Of a DNA stretch of 64,000 nt, positions 1 through 12,444 are shown piece after piece. How positions within the stretch are numbered: position 1 is the first letter of the stretch; each line of letters begins with the position of its first letter. The notes beneath the pieces are model-generated. The model had not been told where the DNA came from and made no database searches. It was given only the letters and a program-made list of their open reading frames with translations. A program made the translations under genes and the position numbers. Source of the stretch: an uncultured Anaerolineales bacterium (GTDB lineage: Bacteria > Chloroflexota > Anaerolineae > Epilineales > Epilineaceae); assembly GCA_964549495.1 (NCBI GenBank), contig CAZJWJ010000005.1, positions 2,071 to 66,070 on the forward strand. The letters run 5' to 3'.

Positions 1-1
1 T

Positions 2-2299
2 GGCCCGAATCGAGATCGGCTCTTCGTCGCCACCGCTCGCCGGGATGGGGTGCTGGACGATGCCAGCCACCAGGCCAGCGTCTGGATGATCGAGCTCGAA
101 ACACCCGACGAGCTTCCCAAGCGGATCGACCTGCCCTCGATGAAGGTCCGCGCCCTGGCCGCCAGCCCGGACGGCCGGCGGGTCTACGCCGCGGTCTTCC
201 ACTCCGGCAATCGCACGACGACCGTCGGCGAGATGGCGGTGGAAGCCGCCGGCGGCCCGCCCTTGCCCGACCCTCCGGGCGACGCCGAGGAGCCGCCGCC
301 TCGCACCAGCCTGATCGTGCAGCAGCAAGCCGATGGCAGCTGGCGCGACGAGGCCGGCGGCGACTGGTCCGAGCAGGTGCCTTTCGACCTACCCGATCAG
401 GATGTCTTCGAACTGCTGGCCGCTGCGCCGGACGCGCCCGTCCTCGGCCGGCGCTTCTCGGGTCTCGGGACCGTGCTCTTCAACATGGCCTTTCGGCCAG
501 GATCCGCGGAACTCTGGGTCAGCAACACCGAGGCCCGCAACCTGGTCCGCTTCGAGCCCAAGCTGCGCGGCCATGCGGTCGACAGCCGTGTCACGCGCCT
601 GAGCCTGGACGGCGGCGCGGTCGCGGAGGCCATCGACCTCAACCCGCAGCTGTTGCCACGACCCGAAGTCGGCTCGGACGCACTGCGCGACCAGGCCCTG
701 GCCCAACCGACCGACCTGATCTTCGATCCGACCGGACAGCGCGCCTACGTCGCGGCCTTCCAGTCGGGCAAGGTGGGCGTGCTCGATGGCGCAGGCCGGC
801 TGCTCGAGCGCATCGACGTGGGCTTCGGCCCCTCGGGTCTGGCGCTGGACGCGCCGGCCGAGCGGCTCTTCGTCCTCGAGCGCCTGGATGCCAGCATCTC
901 GGTGGTCGATCTGGACGGCCGGCGCGTGGTCCAGACGGTGCGGCTGGGCTTCGATCCGACGCCCGAGGTCATCCGGCGGGGACGACCCTTTCTCTACGAC
1001 GCCCGGGCCACCAGCCTTCACGGCGACATGGCCTGCGCCAGCTGCCATGTCTTTGCCGACTTCGACCAGCTGGCCTGGGATCTGGGCGAGCCGGGCGGTG
1101 CGGTGCTGGACATCCCCTTCGAGCTGACGCACGAGAACTTCCTGCTCAAGCCGCGCGACTTCCACCTGCATCCGATGAAGGGTCCGATGACCACACAGAG
1201 CTTCCGCGGCATGGAAGGCGCCGGACCGATGCACTGGCGCGCCGATCGCTATGGTCCGGAGGGATCGGCCGGCGACGAGCTGGCCAGCTTCCGGCAGTTC
1301 AACGCCGCCTTCGTCAGCCTCAACGGGCGGGACGAGCGGTTGGCGCTGGCCGACATCGACGCCATGGCCCGTTTCCTCTTCTCGATCCGCTACCCGCCCA
1401 ATCCCCATCAGCGCCTCGACCGCCAGCTCGAGCCGGAAGCCCATGCGGGCGCCGAGCTCTTCTCGGGCGAGTTCCCCATCGACAGCGGCATCGTCAACTG
1501 CGAGAACTGCCACAGCCTGCCCTTGGGCACCAACGGCCGGGTGAACTTCGAGGGCGATCGCAGCAGCCAGGCCTTCAAGTCGCCGCATTTGCGCAACGTC
1601 TACCAGAAGATGGGTCGCATCGACGAGGCCGATGCCCGAGCGCCCAGCGGCTTCGGTTTGATCCACGACGGGAGCATCGGCAGCATCCAACACTTCCTGG
1701 TCGAGGCCGGCGTCTTCGAGATGCCGGCAGAGGACGAGGAAGACGAGGCCCGGCAGCGGCGCGAGCTGGCGGCCTTCGTCCTGGCCTTCGACACCGGCAT
1801 GGCGCCGGCCGTCGGCTGGCAGGCCAGCTTCGCCGGAGCGCTCGACGGGCATGCGCGGCAGGGCGAGCTCGAGACGGTCATCGCTCGGGCGGCGGAGGGG
1901 GACTGCGATCTCGTCGCCCATGGACGGGTCGATGGCGGACCGGCCGCGTGGCTCTACCGGCCCGAGGACGATCGCTTCGAGGCCGATCGCGAAGCGGCCG
2001 AGACGATGGACTTGGGGATGCTCTTCGCGGAGGCGGCGGGCCCGAACTCGCCGCTCAGCTTCACCTGCGTGCCGCCCGGCGACGGTCGGCGCAGCGCGCT
2101 CGATCGCGATGGCGACGGCCACCTCGACGGCGACGAGCGGTCTGCCGGCAGCGATCCGGCCGACCCGGAGAGCCGACCGGGCCTGCCGACCCTCACGCCC
2201 ACGCCGACGATCGCTCCGACGCCGACCGCAAGCGACGCCCCGCCTGGGCTCCGGGCTTGGATCTACCTGCCCAAGCTGCTGCTTCACCACCAGGAGTGA
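2..2299 (+). CDS. beta-propeller / di-haem cytochrome c peroxidase-like secreted protein; 5' end truncated by window edge
   Basis: Reading frame is open back to nt 2 (…PNRDRLFVATARRDG…), so the N-terminus lies outside the window. Two CxxCH haem-binding motifs (MACASCH, VNCENCH) spaced as in bacterial di-haem CCP/MauG-type proteins. YVTN-like beta-propeller repeats (RVYAAVFHSGN, RAYVAAFQSGKVGVLD). C-terminal Asp-rich Ca-binding repeat (DRDGDGHLDGDE) and PT linker. Confidence 0.55.
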   Translation, partial: GPNRDRLFVATARRDGVLDDASHQASVWMIELETPDELPKRIDLPSMKVRALAASPDGRRVYAAVFHSGNRTTTVGEMAVEAAGGPPLPDPPGDAEEPPPRTSLIVQQQADGSWRDEAGGDWSEQVPFDLPDQDVFELLAAAPDAPVLGRRFSGLGTVLFNMAFRPGSAELWVSNTEARNLVRFEPKLRGHAVDSRVTRLSLDGGAVAEAIDLNPQLLPRPEVGSDALRDQALAQPTDLIFDPTGQRAYVAAFQSGKVGVLDGAGRLLERIDVGFGPSGLALDAPAERLFVLERLDASISVVDLDGRRVVQTVRLGFDPTPEVIRRGRPFLYDARATSLHGDMACASCHVFADFDQLAWDLGEPGGAVLDIPFELTHENFLLKPRDFHLHPMKGPMTTQSFRGMEGAGPMHWRADRYGPEGSAGDELASFRQFNAAFVSLNGRDERLALADIDAMARFLFSIRYPPNPHQRLDRQLEPEAHAGAELFSGEFPIDSGIVNCENCHSLPLGTNGRVNFEGDRSSQAFKSPHLRNVYQKMGRIDEADARAPSGFGLIHDGSIGSIQHFLVEAGVFEMPAEDEEDEARQRRELAAFVLAFDTGMAPAVGWQASFAGALDGHARQGELETVIARAAEGDCDLVAHGRVDGGPAAWLYRPEDDRFEADREAAETMDLGMLFAEAAGPNSPLSFTCVPPGDGRRSALDRDGDGHLDGDERSAGSDPADPESRPGLPTLTPTPTIAPTPTASDAPPGLRAWIYLPKLLLHHQE

Positions 2300-2409
2300 G
2301 GGCTCGACCGGGACCGGGGTCTCCAACCGAGCGCTGGAAGTCCACCTGCGACCTGCGAAGATGATAGACTTCCCCAGGTCGAGCGCAAGACGCTCGAGAA
2401 GGGAAGCGG

Positions 2410-2907
2410 ATGCGGATGTCGCCACATCTTCAGGTCGGGCCCCGCGAGGCCTACGAGATGCAGCAGGACGAGGCGCAGCCTTGGACCATCATCGACGTGC
2501 GCAGCGTCGAAGAGTTCGAGGCGGGGCATCCGGCCGGCGCCTGGAACCTGCCCATCGCCCTGGCCGGCCCGGTCGGATTGCAGCCCAATCGCCGCTTCGT
2601 CGAGCTCCTGCGCGCCCATTTCGAGCCGGATCGGAGATTGATCTTCAGCTGCGCCTCCGGGCCGCGATCCGACCATGCCTGCGTCTTGTTGGCCGGATCG
2701 GGCTACCGGCACCTGGCCAATCTGCAAGGCGGTTTCAAGGGCTTGCACGATCCCTTCGGCCGCTCGATCGCGCCCGGCTGGAAGGACTTGGGACTGCCGG
2801 CCGAGACGCGGGCGCGGCCCGGCCGGAGCTGGCGGGAGCTGAGCGACGCGAGCGAGCCCGGGGACCGAGATCGAGCGGCGCAGAGCGACAAAGGAGCCCT
2901 GAGCTGA
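2410..2907 (+). CDS. rhodanese-like single-domain sulfurtransferase
   Basis: WTIIDVRSVEEFEAGHPAGAWNLP … IFSCASGPRSDHA matches the rhodanese fold with an active-site Cys loop. GAAGGGAAG RBS-like sequence immediately upstream. Confidence 0.75.
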   Translation: MRMSPHLQVGPREAYEMQQDEAQPWTIIDVRSVEEFEAGHPAGAWNLPIALAGPVGLQPNRRFVELLRAHFEPDRRLIFSCASGPRSDHACVLLAGSGYRHLANLQGGFKGLHDPFGRSIAPGWKDLGLPAETRARPGRSWRELSDASEPGDRDRAAQSDKGALS

Positions 2908-2939
2908 GCCAGCACCGACCGGGGCACGCGCCTCGACGC

Positions 2940-4943
2940 ATGCCGATCGCCATCCTCGGCGCCGGCTTCGGCCTCTTCGGCCTCTTCGGCCTCTTCGGCC
3001 CACCCGAGCCGATTCGGGCCCAGACGGCCGGCATCCACTTCGGCCTGGCCCACGTGGACGTGATGGAGCTCCACCTGGAACGCCAGCCGGAGGGCCCGCC
3101 GGTAGCTCGCGCGGCCCTGCCGGCCGGCGAGATCGAGCGGCGCTACCAGCTGGCCCGCGATAGCGGCGCGCGCTGGCATCGCTGGAGCATCTACCGCGAG
3201 CTGATCGAGCGAAACGAAAGCAGCGATTACGATTGGAGCGTCAGCGACGGCATCGCCGAACGCGACGCCCGCGCGGGGCTGTCGACCCTGGCCATCTTGC
3301 AGGGGCCAAGGGACGGCTTCCAAGCCGCGATCTTCGTCGACGCCCAAGGCCAGCCGACCGACGATCCCGAGCGTGCGATCGAGATCCACCCGGCCAACGG
3401 CTGGGCCCGCTTCGTCGACGCGGCGGTGGCGCGCTACATGCCGGGCGGCAGCCTTCCGAGGGCCCGCGGCTGGCCGGCCGGCGGCGGCATCCGGGCCTGG
3501 GAGATCGGCAACGAGCCCAATCTGGCCAGCTTCTTCTCGGGCACGCCCGCGGACTACGCCCGCTACCTCGAGGTGGCCTATCTGGTCATCCACCGCCGCG
3601 ATCCGGCCGCCACCGTGCTGCACGGCGGCATCGGCGACGACGGCAACGCCGAGGCTTGGTATCGCGGTTTCCTGGCGGCCCTGGCGGCCCGCGCGGCCGA
3701 CACGCCCTTGGTCCAGGCCCACGGCTACTATTTCGACAAGGCGGCTTGGCATTGGTACCGCACGCCGGGCCTCCTGATGACCGGGCCCGCCCAGGCGCGG
3801 GCGCTCCTGGCCGAGGCCGGCTTGCCGGCCAAGCCGATCTGGGTGACCGAGACGGGCCTGCCGGTCTGGAGCGAGTACCCGGGCCCCTGTTGGGATCCCG
3901 GCAGCCCCGGCCGGGCGACGGTGGTCGAGCAAGCCGACTTCGTCTGGCAGACTCTGGGCGAGGCGGCGGCCAGCGGGGTCGAGGTGGTCATCCTCTTCCA
4001 ACTCTTCGACGACTGCGGGAACGGGCCGAGCAGCTACGACGCCTTCGGTCTGGTGCGCAACCCCATCGGCTGGTCCTGCTGGCTGCCGGCCGAGGGCCGC
4101 GACTGCTGGCGGCCCGACCCGGCCACGGCCGGCCAGCCCCGGCCGGCCTACGAGGCCTTCCGCAGTCTGGCCGGCGAGCTCTCGGGCGCCAGCCCGCGCG
4201 CGGGCAGCGGACGGGGCGGCGAGGGCTGGCGCCAGCTGGTCTTCGATCGACAACCGGGCACGCGCATCACCCTGGCCTGGGCCACCGGCCGGCAAGGCCG
4301 GCGCATCGAGATCCCGGCCACCGCTGCGATCGCGCAGCTCTCGGCCATCGAGGCCGACGGCAGCGTCTCGCGGCGCCAGCTGCCGGCCGAGGGCGGTCGC
4401 TACCGGGTCGAGCTGCCGGGCGCCGCCAACCGCAACGACATCGGGGGCCGCGGCATCCTCGACGGCCGGCCGATCATGCTGGTCGAGGGCGATGTCCTGC
4501 TCGCGCCCTCCTCGGCCGCGGCACCGTCGGCCGGCGCACCGGCCGATGCCGGGCCGGATCGCGACCCGCCGCTGCTGGCCCTGGTCGAGCCCCTGCCCGA
4601 GGTCTCCCCGCCGCGCATGAGCTTGGCCGTCGCCGCCGCCGACGAAGGCAGCGGGATCACGGCCTGGATGCTCTACGTGGCCACCGGACCCGATCCCCCG
4701 ACCGATGCTTCCGCGTGGCGCCTCCACACCGGTCCCGCGGCCTGGAGCGCCGATCCCAAAGCCGGGAGGATCCGCCTGCCCTTCGAAGCGCGACCGGGTC
4801 GACGCTACCATTTCGCGGCCCGCGCGGTGGACGGTGCCGGCAACTGGAGCCCGATGCCCAGCTTCGTTCAGGCCACGACGCGCATCGCGTCGGTCGGCCG
4901 CAACCGGGGTGGCGGCATCGCCCAGGGCCATCTGCCCTACTGA
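2940..4943 (+). CDS. secreted glycoside hydrolase (GH5/GH39-like TIM barrel) with C-terminal beta-sandwich domain
   Basis: Start placed at the internal ATG (MPIAILGAGFGLFGLFGLFG, signal-like). The upstream part of ORF 1851..4943 overlaps the CCP-like and rhodanese genes and is rejected. Catalytic-acid motif WEIGNEPNL typical of clan GH-A hydrolases. Paralogous to the gene at 23627..25372. Confidence 0.6.
   Translation: MPIAILGAGFGLFGLFGLFGPPEPIRAQTAGIHFGLAHVDVMELHLERQPEGPPVARAALPAGEIERRYQLARDSGARWHRWSIYRELIERNESSDYDWSVSDGIAERDARAGLSTLAILQGPRDGFQAAIFVDAQGQPTDDPERAIEIHPANGWARFVDAAVARYMPGGSLPRARGWPAGGGIRAWEIGNEPNLASFFSGTPADYARYLEVAYLVIHRRDPAATVLHGGIGDDGNAEAWYRGFLAALAARAADTPLVQAHGYYFDKAAWHWYRTPGLLMTGPAQARALLAEAGLPAKPIWVTETGLPVWSEYPGPCWDPGSPGRATVVEQADFVWQTLGEAAASGVEVVILFQLFDDCGNGPSSYDAFGLVRNPIGWSCWLPAEGRDCWRPDPATAGQPRPAYEAFRSLAGELSGASPRAGSGRGGEGWRQLVFDRQPGTRITLAWATGRQGRRIEIPATAAIAQLSAIEADGSVSRRQLPAEGGRYRVELPGAANRNDIGGRGILDGRPIMLVEGDVLLAPSSAAAPSAGAPADAGPDRDPPLLALVEPLPEVSPPRMSLAVAAADEGSGITAWMLYVATGPDPPTDASAWRLHTGPAAWSADPKAGRIRLPFEARPGRRYHFAARAVDGAGNWSPMPSFVQATTRIASVGRNRGGGIAQGHLPY
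2964..3000 (+). repeat. tandem 9-bp repeat (ggcctcttc) x3-4 encoding GLFGLFGLFG in the signal region of the glycosidase
   Basis: Direct inspection: ggcttcggcctcttcggcctcttcggcctcttcggcc. Confidence 0.8.
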
Positions 4944-5050
4944 CCCAGCGAGCTGCCCATTGCCAGCAGGGTCCATTGCGCGGCGACAGACCCGCATCTC
5001 GAGGCGTTGGCCGTGCGGCCACCACTTCGATCAACGTCAGGTGAAGATGG

Positions 5051-6304
5051 ATGAGCGAGCCGGCAAGCAGTCCGACCTTCCGCAGTCGCCAGGACATGGA
5101 GGCGCACGAGCTGCAGTGGCTGGCGCCCTACGCCGAACGCTCTGCCGAGAGCCGCGGGCGTGAGCATCGCAGCAGCCCGCACGACTATCGCACCGAGTTT
5201 CAGAAGGACCGCGACCGCATCATCCACACCACGGCCTTCCGGCGCCTTCAGTACAAGACCCAGGTCTTCATCAACTACGAGGGAGACTACTACCGAACGC
5301 GCCTGACGCATACCTTCGAGGCGGCCCAGATCGCGCGCACCATCGCCCGCGCGCTGCGCGCCAACAGCGAGCTGACCGAGGCCATTACCTTGGCCCACGA
5401 CCTGGGCCACTCGCCCTTCGGGCATTCCGGCGAGGCCACCCTGGATGCCCTGATGCTCGAGCGGGCGGGCGGCGACCCAAAGGACCCGGCGCAGCGCGGC
5501 CGCGGCTTCAACCACACCCTGCAGTCCTTGCGCGTGGTCGAGTCGCTCGAGAAGCGCTGGACGGGCTTCGACGGGCTCAACCTCTGCTGGGAGACCCGGG
5601 AGGGCATCGTCAAGCACGCCACCGAGTACGACGCGGTGCACGAAGATTGGATGGGCCCCTACGAGCCGTCGCTGCGGGCCTCGCTGGAAGCCCAGATCGT
5701 CAACTGGGCCGACGAGCTGACCTACAGCGCCCACGATCTGGACGACGGGCTGCGCAGCGGGATGATCCGCGCCGACATGCCGGAGCTCGAGCGGCTGGAG
5801 ATCTGGCAGCGAGCCGGCGCCGGCATCCGCGATAGGGATCCGGAGCTGAGCCGGCATAAGCGCATCCGCCGGGTCATCGACCTCCTGATCGGCGATCTGG
5901 TCGCGACCAGCGCCGAGCGCCTGGCCACAGCGGCGCCCGACTCCTCGATGGCCATCCGGCGGGCCGATGGCCCGATGATGGCCCTGAGCCAGGCGATGGC
6001 CAGCCAGCAGCGCGAGCTCAAGGACTTCCTCTTCGCTCGGCTGTATCGGCATTGGCGGGTGGTTCGCATGTTCAAGAAGGCCCAACGCACGCTGCGGCGG
6101 CTCTTCGAGGCCTTCGAGGAGGACCATCGGCAGCTGCCGGCCGAGACCTTGGCGCGGCTTCTCGAAGCCCAACCGGATGCGAGGCCCGGCGGACCCCTAT
6201 CGCCCCAGGCCTATAGGGTGATCTGCGACTATCTGGCCGGTATGACCGACCGCTACGCCCTGCAGGAGCATCAGCGCCTCTACGATCCCTACGAGCGGGC
6301 CTGA
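5051..6304 (+). CDS. dgt: dGTP triphosphohydrolase-like HD-domain phosphohydrolase
   Basis: HD motif (AHDLGHSPFGHSGE) and dGTPase-family layout (FQKDRDRIIHTTAFRRLQYKTQVF). AGGTGAAG RBS upstream. Confidence 0.85.
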   Translation: MSEPASSPTFRSRQDMEAHELQWLAPYAERSAESRGREHRSSPHDYRTEFQKDRDRIIHTTAFRRLQYKTQVFINYEGDYYRTRLTHTFEAAQIARTIARALRANSELTEAITLAHDLGHSPFGHSGEATLDALMLERAGGDPKDPAQRGRGFNHTLQSLRVVESLEKRWTGFDGLNLCWETREGIVKHATEYDAVHEDWMGPYEPSLRASLEAQIVNWADELTYSAHDLDDGLRSGMIRADMPELERLEIWQRAGAGIRDRDPELSRHKRIRRVIDLLIGDLVATSAERLATAAPDSSMAIRRADGPMMALSQAMASQQRELKDFLFARLYRHWRVVRMFKKAQRTLRRLFEAFEEDHRQLPAETLARLLEAQPDARPGGPLSPQAYRVICDYLAGMTDRYALQEHQRLYDPYERA

Positions 6305-7134
6305 TGCGCGATCTCGAAGCCCTGATCCTGGGCGCCCTGCAAGGCGCCACCGAGTTCCTGCCGGTGTCCAGCAGCGGGCATCTGGTCATCTTGCCGGCCC
6401 TGCTGGGCTGGAGCTCCAGCTTGACCTTCGACGTCATCGTGCACTGGGCGACGACCATGGCGGTGTTGATCTACTTCCGTCGCGACTGGACCGCCTTGCT
6501 GAGCGGCGGCCTGCGCGGGCTGCGCCGTGGGGCGCCCTGGCGCGATCCGCTTGGGGCGCGATTGAGCTGGATCGCGCTGGCCACCCTGCCGGCGCTGGTG
6601 GCCGGGTTGGCCATCGAGCCGGCCCTGGAGTCGGCATTGGAGACTCAGGCGCTGGCTTCGGCACGCCTTGCAGCGCTCCTGCTCCTGGTCACCGGGGGCC
6701 TGTTGATCGCCGGCGAGCGGCTGGCGGGCCGCGAAACCGCGAGACAGGTGGGGCTCGACGGGCTGGGCGTACGGCGGGCCATGTGGATCGGCGTCGCCCA
6801 GGCCCTGGCCATCCTGCCGGGCATCTCGCGTTCCGGCGCGACCATCGCGGCCGGTCTGGCCCTCGGCCTGGACCGCGAGGAGTCGGCCCGCTTCAGCTTC
6901 CTGCTCTCGGCACCCGTCATCCTGGGCGCCGCCGTGCTGAAGCTCGGCGAGCTCTTCGAGCGAGGGCTGGCGCCGGGAGAGGGCCGCAGCCTAGTGCTGG
7001 GCTTCCTGGCCGCGTTCGCGGTGGGCTATCTGGCGATCGGCTGGCTCCTGAGCTACCTCCGGCGCGCGTCGCTGCGCGCCTTCGCGGTCTACTGCTGGGC
7101 CTTCGGCCTGCTGGCACTGTGGTGGCTGCGATGA
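6304..7134 (+). CDS. uppP: undecaprenyl-diphosphate phosphatase
   Basis: GATEFLPVSSSGHL signature plus a second PGISRSGATI motif; polytopic membrane protein. TGATG stop/start junction with dgt. Confidence 0.9.
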   Translation: MRDLEALILGALQGATEFLPVSSSGHLVILPALLGWSSSLTFDVIVHWATTMAVLIYFRRDWTALLSGGLRGLRRGAPWRDPLGARLSWIALATLPALVAGLAIEPALESALETQALASARLAALLLLVTGGLLIAGERLAGRETARQVGLDGLGVRRAMWIGVAQALAILPGISRSGATIAAGLALGLDREESARFSFLLSAPVILGAAVLKLGELFERGLAPGEGRSLVLGFLAAFAVGYLAIGWLLSYLRRASLRAFAVYCWAFGLLALWWLR

Positions 7135-8075
7135 GCCGCCAGGCGGCCGGCCGCCTGGCGCTGTCGAGCATGTGGGCCCAGCGCTTCGAGCCGGCAGATG
7201 ACCTGGATGCCTTCTTCGAGGCCGGCCGGCGCATGGGCTTCGAACGCTTCGAGCTGAGCCACGGCCACTCGCCGGAGCAGATCGCGAGCATCGATCCCCG
7301 CCGCGTGTCGATCCCCTCGGTCCATCATCCCTGCCCGCTGGAGGCCGGAAGCCAGCCGGGCGAGAGTCCGATCTCCCGCGAGGGGAGAACCAGGGCGAGA
7401 GCTCAGCAGGCCTGGATCCACAGCCTCGAGACGGCGGCCCGTCTGGGAGCCGAGGTGGTGGTGGCCCATCTGGGACGGATCGAGGACGATGAGCACGGCA
7501 GCTGCCGGCGCCTGCGATTCGAGGTGGAAGCGCGTTGGCGCGGCGGGCTGGTCGACGGCCGGCGCTTCGACCGGGCACGTCGATCCCTGCGAGCCTGGCT
7601 CGCCGAGCGGGAGGACCGCGCCCTAGAGCGTGCCCTGGACGCGCTCCCGCCGATCCTGGATCGCGCCCGCGCGCTGGGCCTCCGACTGGGCCTGGAGAGC
7701 GGCTATCACGCCGACGAGCTGCCCACGGCGGCGGGCATGCGCCGGCTCCTGGCCGGGCTGACCGATCGGGGCTACGACCAGGATGTGGTCGGCGCCTGGT
7801 TGGACGTGGGCCACGTCGGTGCACGCCAGCGCATCGGGCCGGACGGTCTGCCGGATTGGCTGGCGGCCGTGGAGGGCCGCTGGCTGGGGGTGCATCTCCA
7901 CGACCTGGTGGGCTTGCGCGATCACCTGGTCCCAGGCATGGGCGAGCTCGATCTGGCCGATCTCGCCCTTCGCTTGCCCGATTCGATCCTGGTCACCTGC
8001 GAGCTCGACTGGTACTTCGACGAAGCCGAAATCCAAGGCGGAATCGCGCATCTCGACCGTGCTGGCTGGGCCTAG
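7131..8075 (+). CDS. sugar phosphate isomerase/epimerase (xylose-isomerase-like TIM barrel)
   Basis: Start at internal ATG 7131 (MSRQAAGRL), overlapping the uppP stop as ATGA. The 5' part of ORF 6783..8075 overlaps uppP and is rejected. Conserved E/H/D residues of the AP-endonuclease-2/xylose-isomerase-like family (GYHADEL … LDVGHV … HLHD). Confidence 0.7.
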   Translation: MSRQAAGRLALSSMWAQRFEPADDLDAFFEAGRRMGFERFELSHGHSPEQIASIDPRRVSIPSVHHPCPLEAGSQPGESPISREGRTRARAQQAWIHSLETAARLGAEVVVAHLGRIEDDEHGSCRRLRFEVEARWRGGLVDGRRFDRARRSLRAWLAEREDRALERALDALPPILDRARALGLRLGLESGYHADELPTAAGMRRLLAGLTDRGYDQDVVGAWLDVGHVGARQRIGPDGLPDWLAAVEGRWLGVHLHDLVGLRDHLVPGMGELDLADLALRLPDSILVTCELDWYFDEAEIQGGIAHLDRAGWA

Positions 8076-8080
8076 CCTAC

Positions 8081-8110
8081 TTGTCATCGCGCGCGGCGGC
8101 GTGCTATACT
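8081..8110 (+). promoter_or_regulatory. sigma70-like promoter upstream of nusA (-35 TTGTCA, 18-nt spacer, -10 TATACT)
   Basis: ttgtcatcgcgcgcggcggcgtgctatact, 6 nt after the stop of the upstream gene. Near-consensus hexamers stand out in 70% GC DNA. Confidence 0.5.
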
Positions 8111-8143
8111 CGCGGTCCGAAATCGGGCAGGACGACCGGCGGT

Positions 8144-8175
8144 GGAAAGTGGGTGTTGCCCCACTTTTCTTTGCG
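8144..8175 (+). terminator. intrinsic-terminator-like hairpin in the nusA 5' leader (candidate attenuator)
   Basis: ggAAAGTGGGtgttgcCCCACTTTtctttgcg: ~9-10 bp stem, 6-nt loop, then a U-rich run TTTTCTTTG. It sits between the putative promoter and the nusA RBS (gaaggggtgggttcATG). Confidence 0.45.
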
Positions 8176-8215
8176 TAGGGACCAGCCCGCGAAGGTCCCG
8201 AGAAGGGGTGGGTTC

Positions 8216-9916
<1,701 letters not shown>

Positions 9917-10202
9917 GCGAAGGCTCCAGCCCGCGTCCTCTCGCGACCTCGTGAGGCCGGGCGATCGCGGTGCGACCGACATCGCGACACTGGTCGGTGG
10001 CCCCTTCACCCGGGCCGGGCAGCAGGTGGACAGGGGTGAAAGAGCGGAGGACTTGGAGGACTCGACGATGCGCTAGCCCCTAGCGAGGGCCCAGCGCCCT
10101 GCCGAAGTCCCCCGCGATCAACATGACGGAATCGAAACGCGGCTCGAGCGACCCCTTGGGTTCCTTGGAGCCCTCGGCAAGATAAGCGGGTGGACGGCAG
10201 AC

Positions 10203-12026
<1,824 letters not shown>

Positions 12027-12030
12027 GCCG

Positions 12031-12441
12031 ATGCCGACCCGCAGACAGGCGCGCATCAACGAGCTCCTTCTCGAAGAGTTGAGCATGCTCCTGCCCGGAC
12101 GGGTGACCGACCCGCGCTTGACCGACGTGCGCATCACCCGCGTGCACAGCACGCAAGACCTGAGCACGGCCAAGGTCTTCTACGTTCTGGCGCCGGATGC
12201 CGCCGATGCGGACCACGCCGAGGTCTCCGACGCGCTGCGGCGCGCCGAGGGCCATCTCCGGCACGAGCTGGCCAGCGCGGGCCTCCGTCGCATCCCGAAC
12301 CTGGTCTTCGCCCGCGACAAGAGCTTCGAGAGCGGACAGCGGGTGCTGGACATCCTCGAAGGGCTGCGCGGGTCGGATCCGGAGGATGATCGATCATCGG
12401 ACTCCGAGGAAGAGGCCGGCGGCCAGGCCGAAGAGCGCTGA
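12031..12441 (+). CDS. rbfA: ribosome-binding factor A
   Basis: Start at internal ATG 12031 (MPTRRQARINELLLEELSMLL), 5 nt after the infB stop. Classic RbfA N-terminus and KH-like fold; C-terminal acidic extension. Confidence 0.85.
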   Translation: MPTRRQARINELLLEELSMLLPGRVTDPRLTDVRITRVHSTQDLSTAKVFYVLAPDAADADHAEVSDALRRAEGHLRHELASAGLRRIPNLVFARDKSFESGQRVLDILEGLRGSDPEDDRSSDSEEEAGGQAEER

Positions 12442-12444
12442 GCC

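Noticed and set aside
389-2425. 678-aa minus-strand ORF antisense to the CCP-like gene
   Set aside because: Translation is Arg/Ala/Gly/Pro-rich low complexity with no motif. It is a typical GC-rich shadow ORF opposite a gene with clear haem-binding motifs.
1851-2939. N-terminal ~360 codons of ORF 1851..4943
   Set aside because: They overlap the CCP-like and rhodanese genes in another frame and are RS/RP-rich. The glycosidase homology begins at the ATG at 2940, which is followed by a signal peptide.
2703-6172. Minus-strand ORFs 2703..4997 (764 aa) and 4937..6172 (411 aa)
   Set aside because: Antisense to the glycosidase and dgt genes. Low-complexity translations with no recognisable domains.
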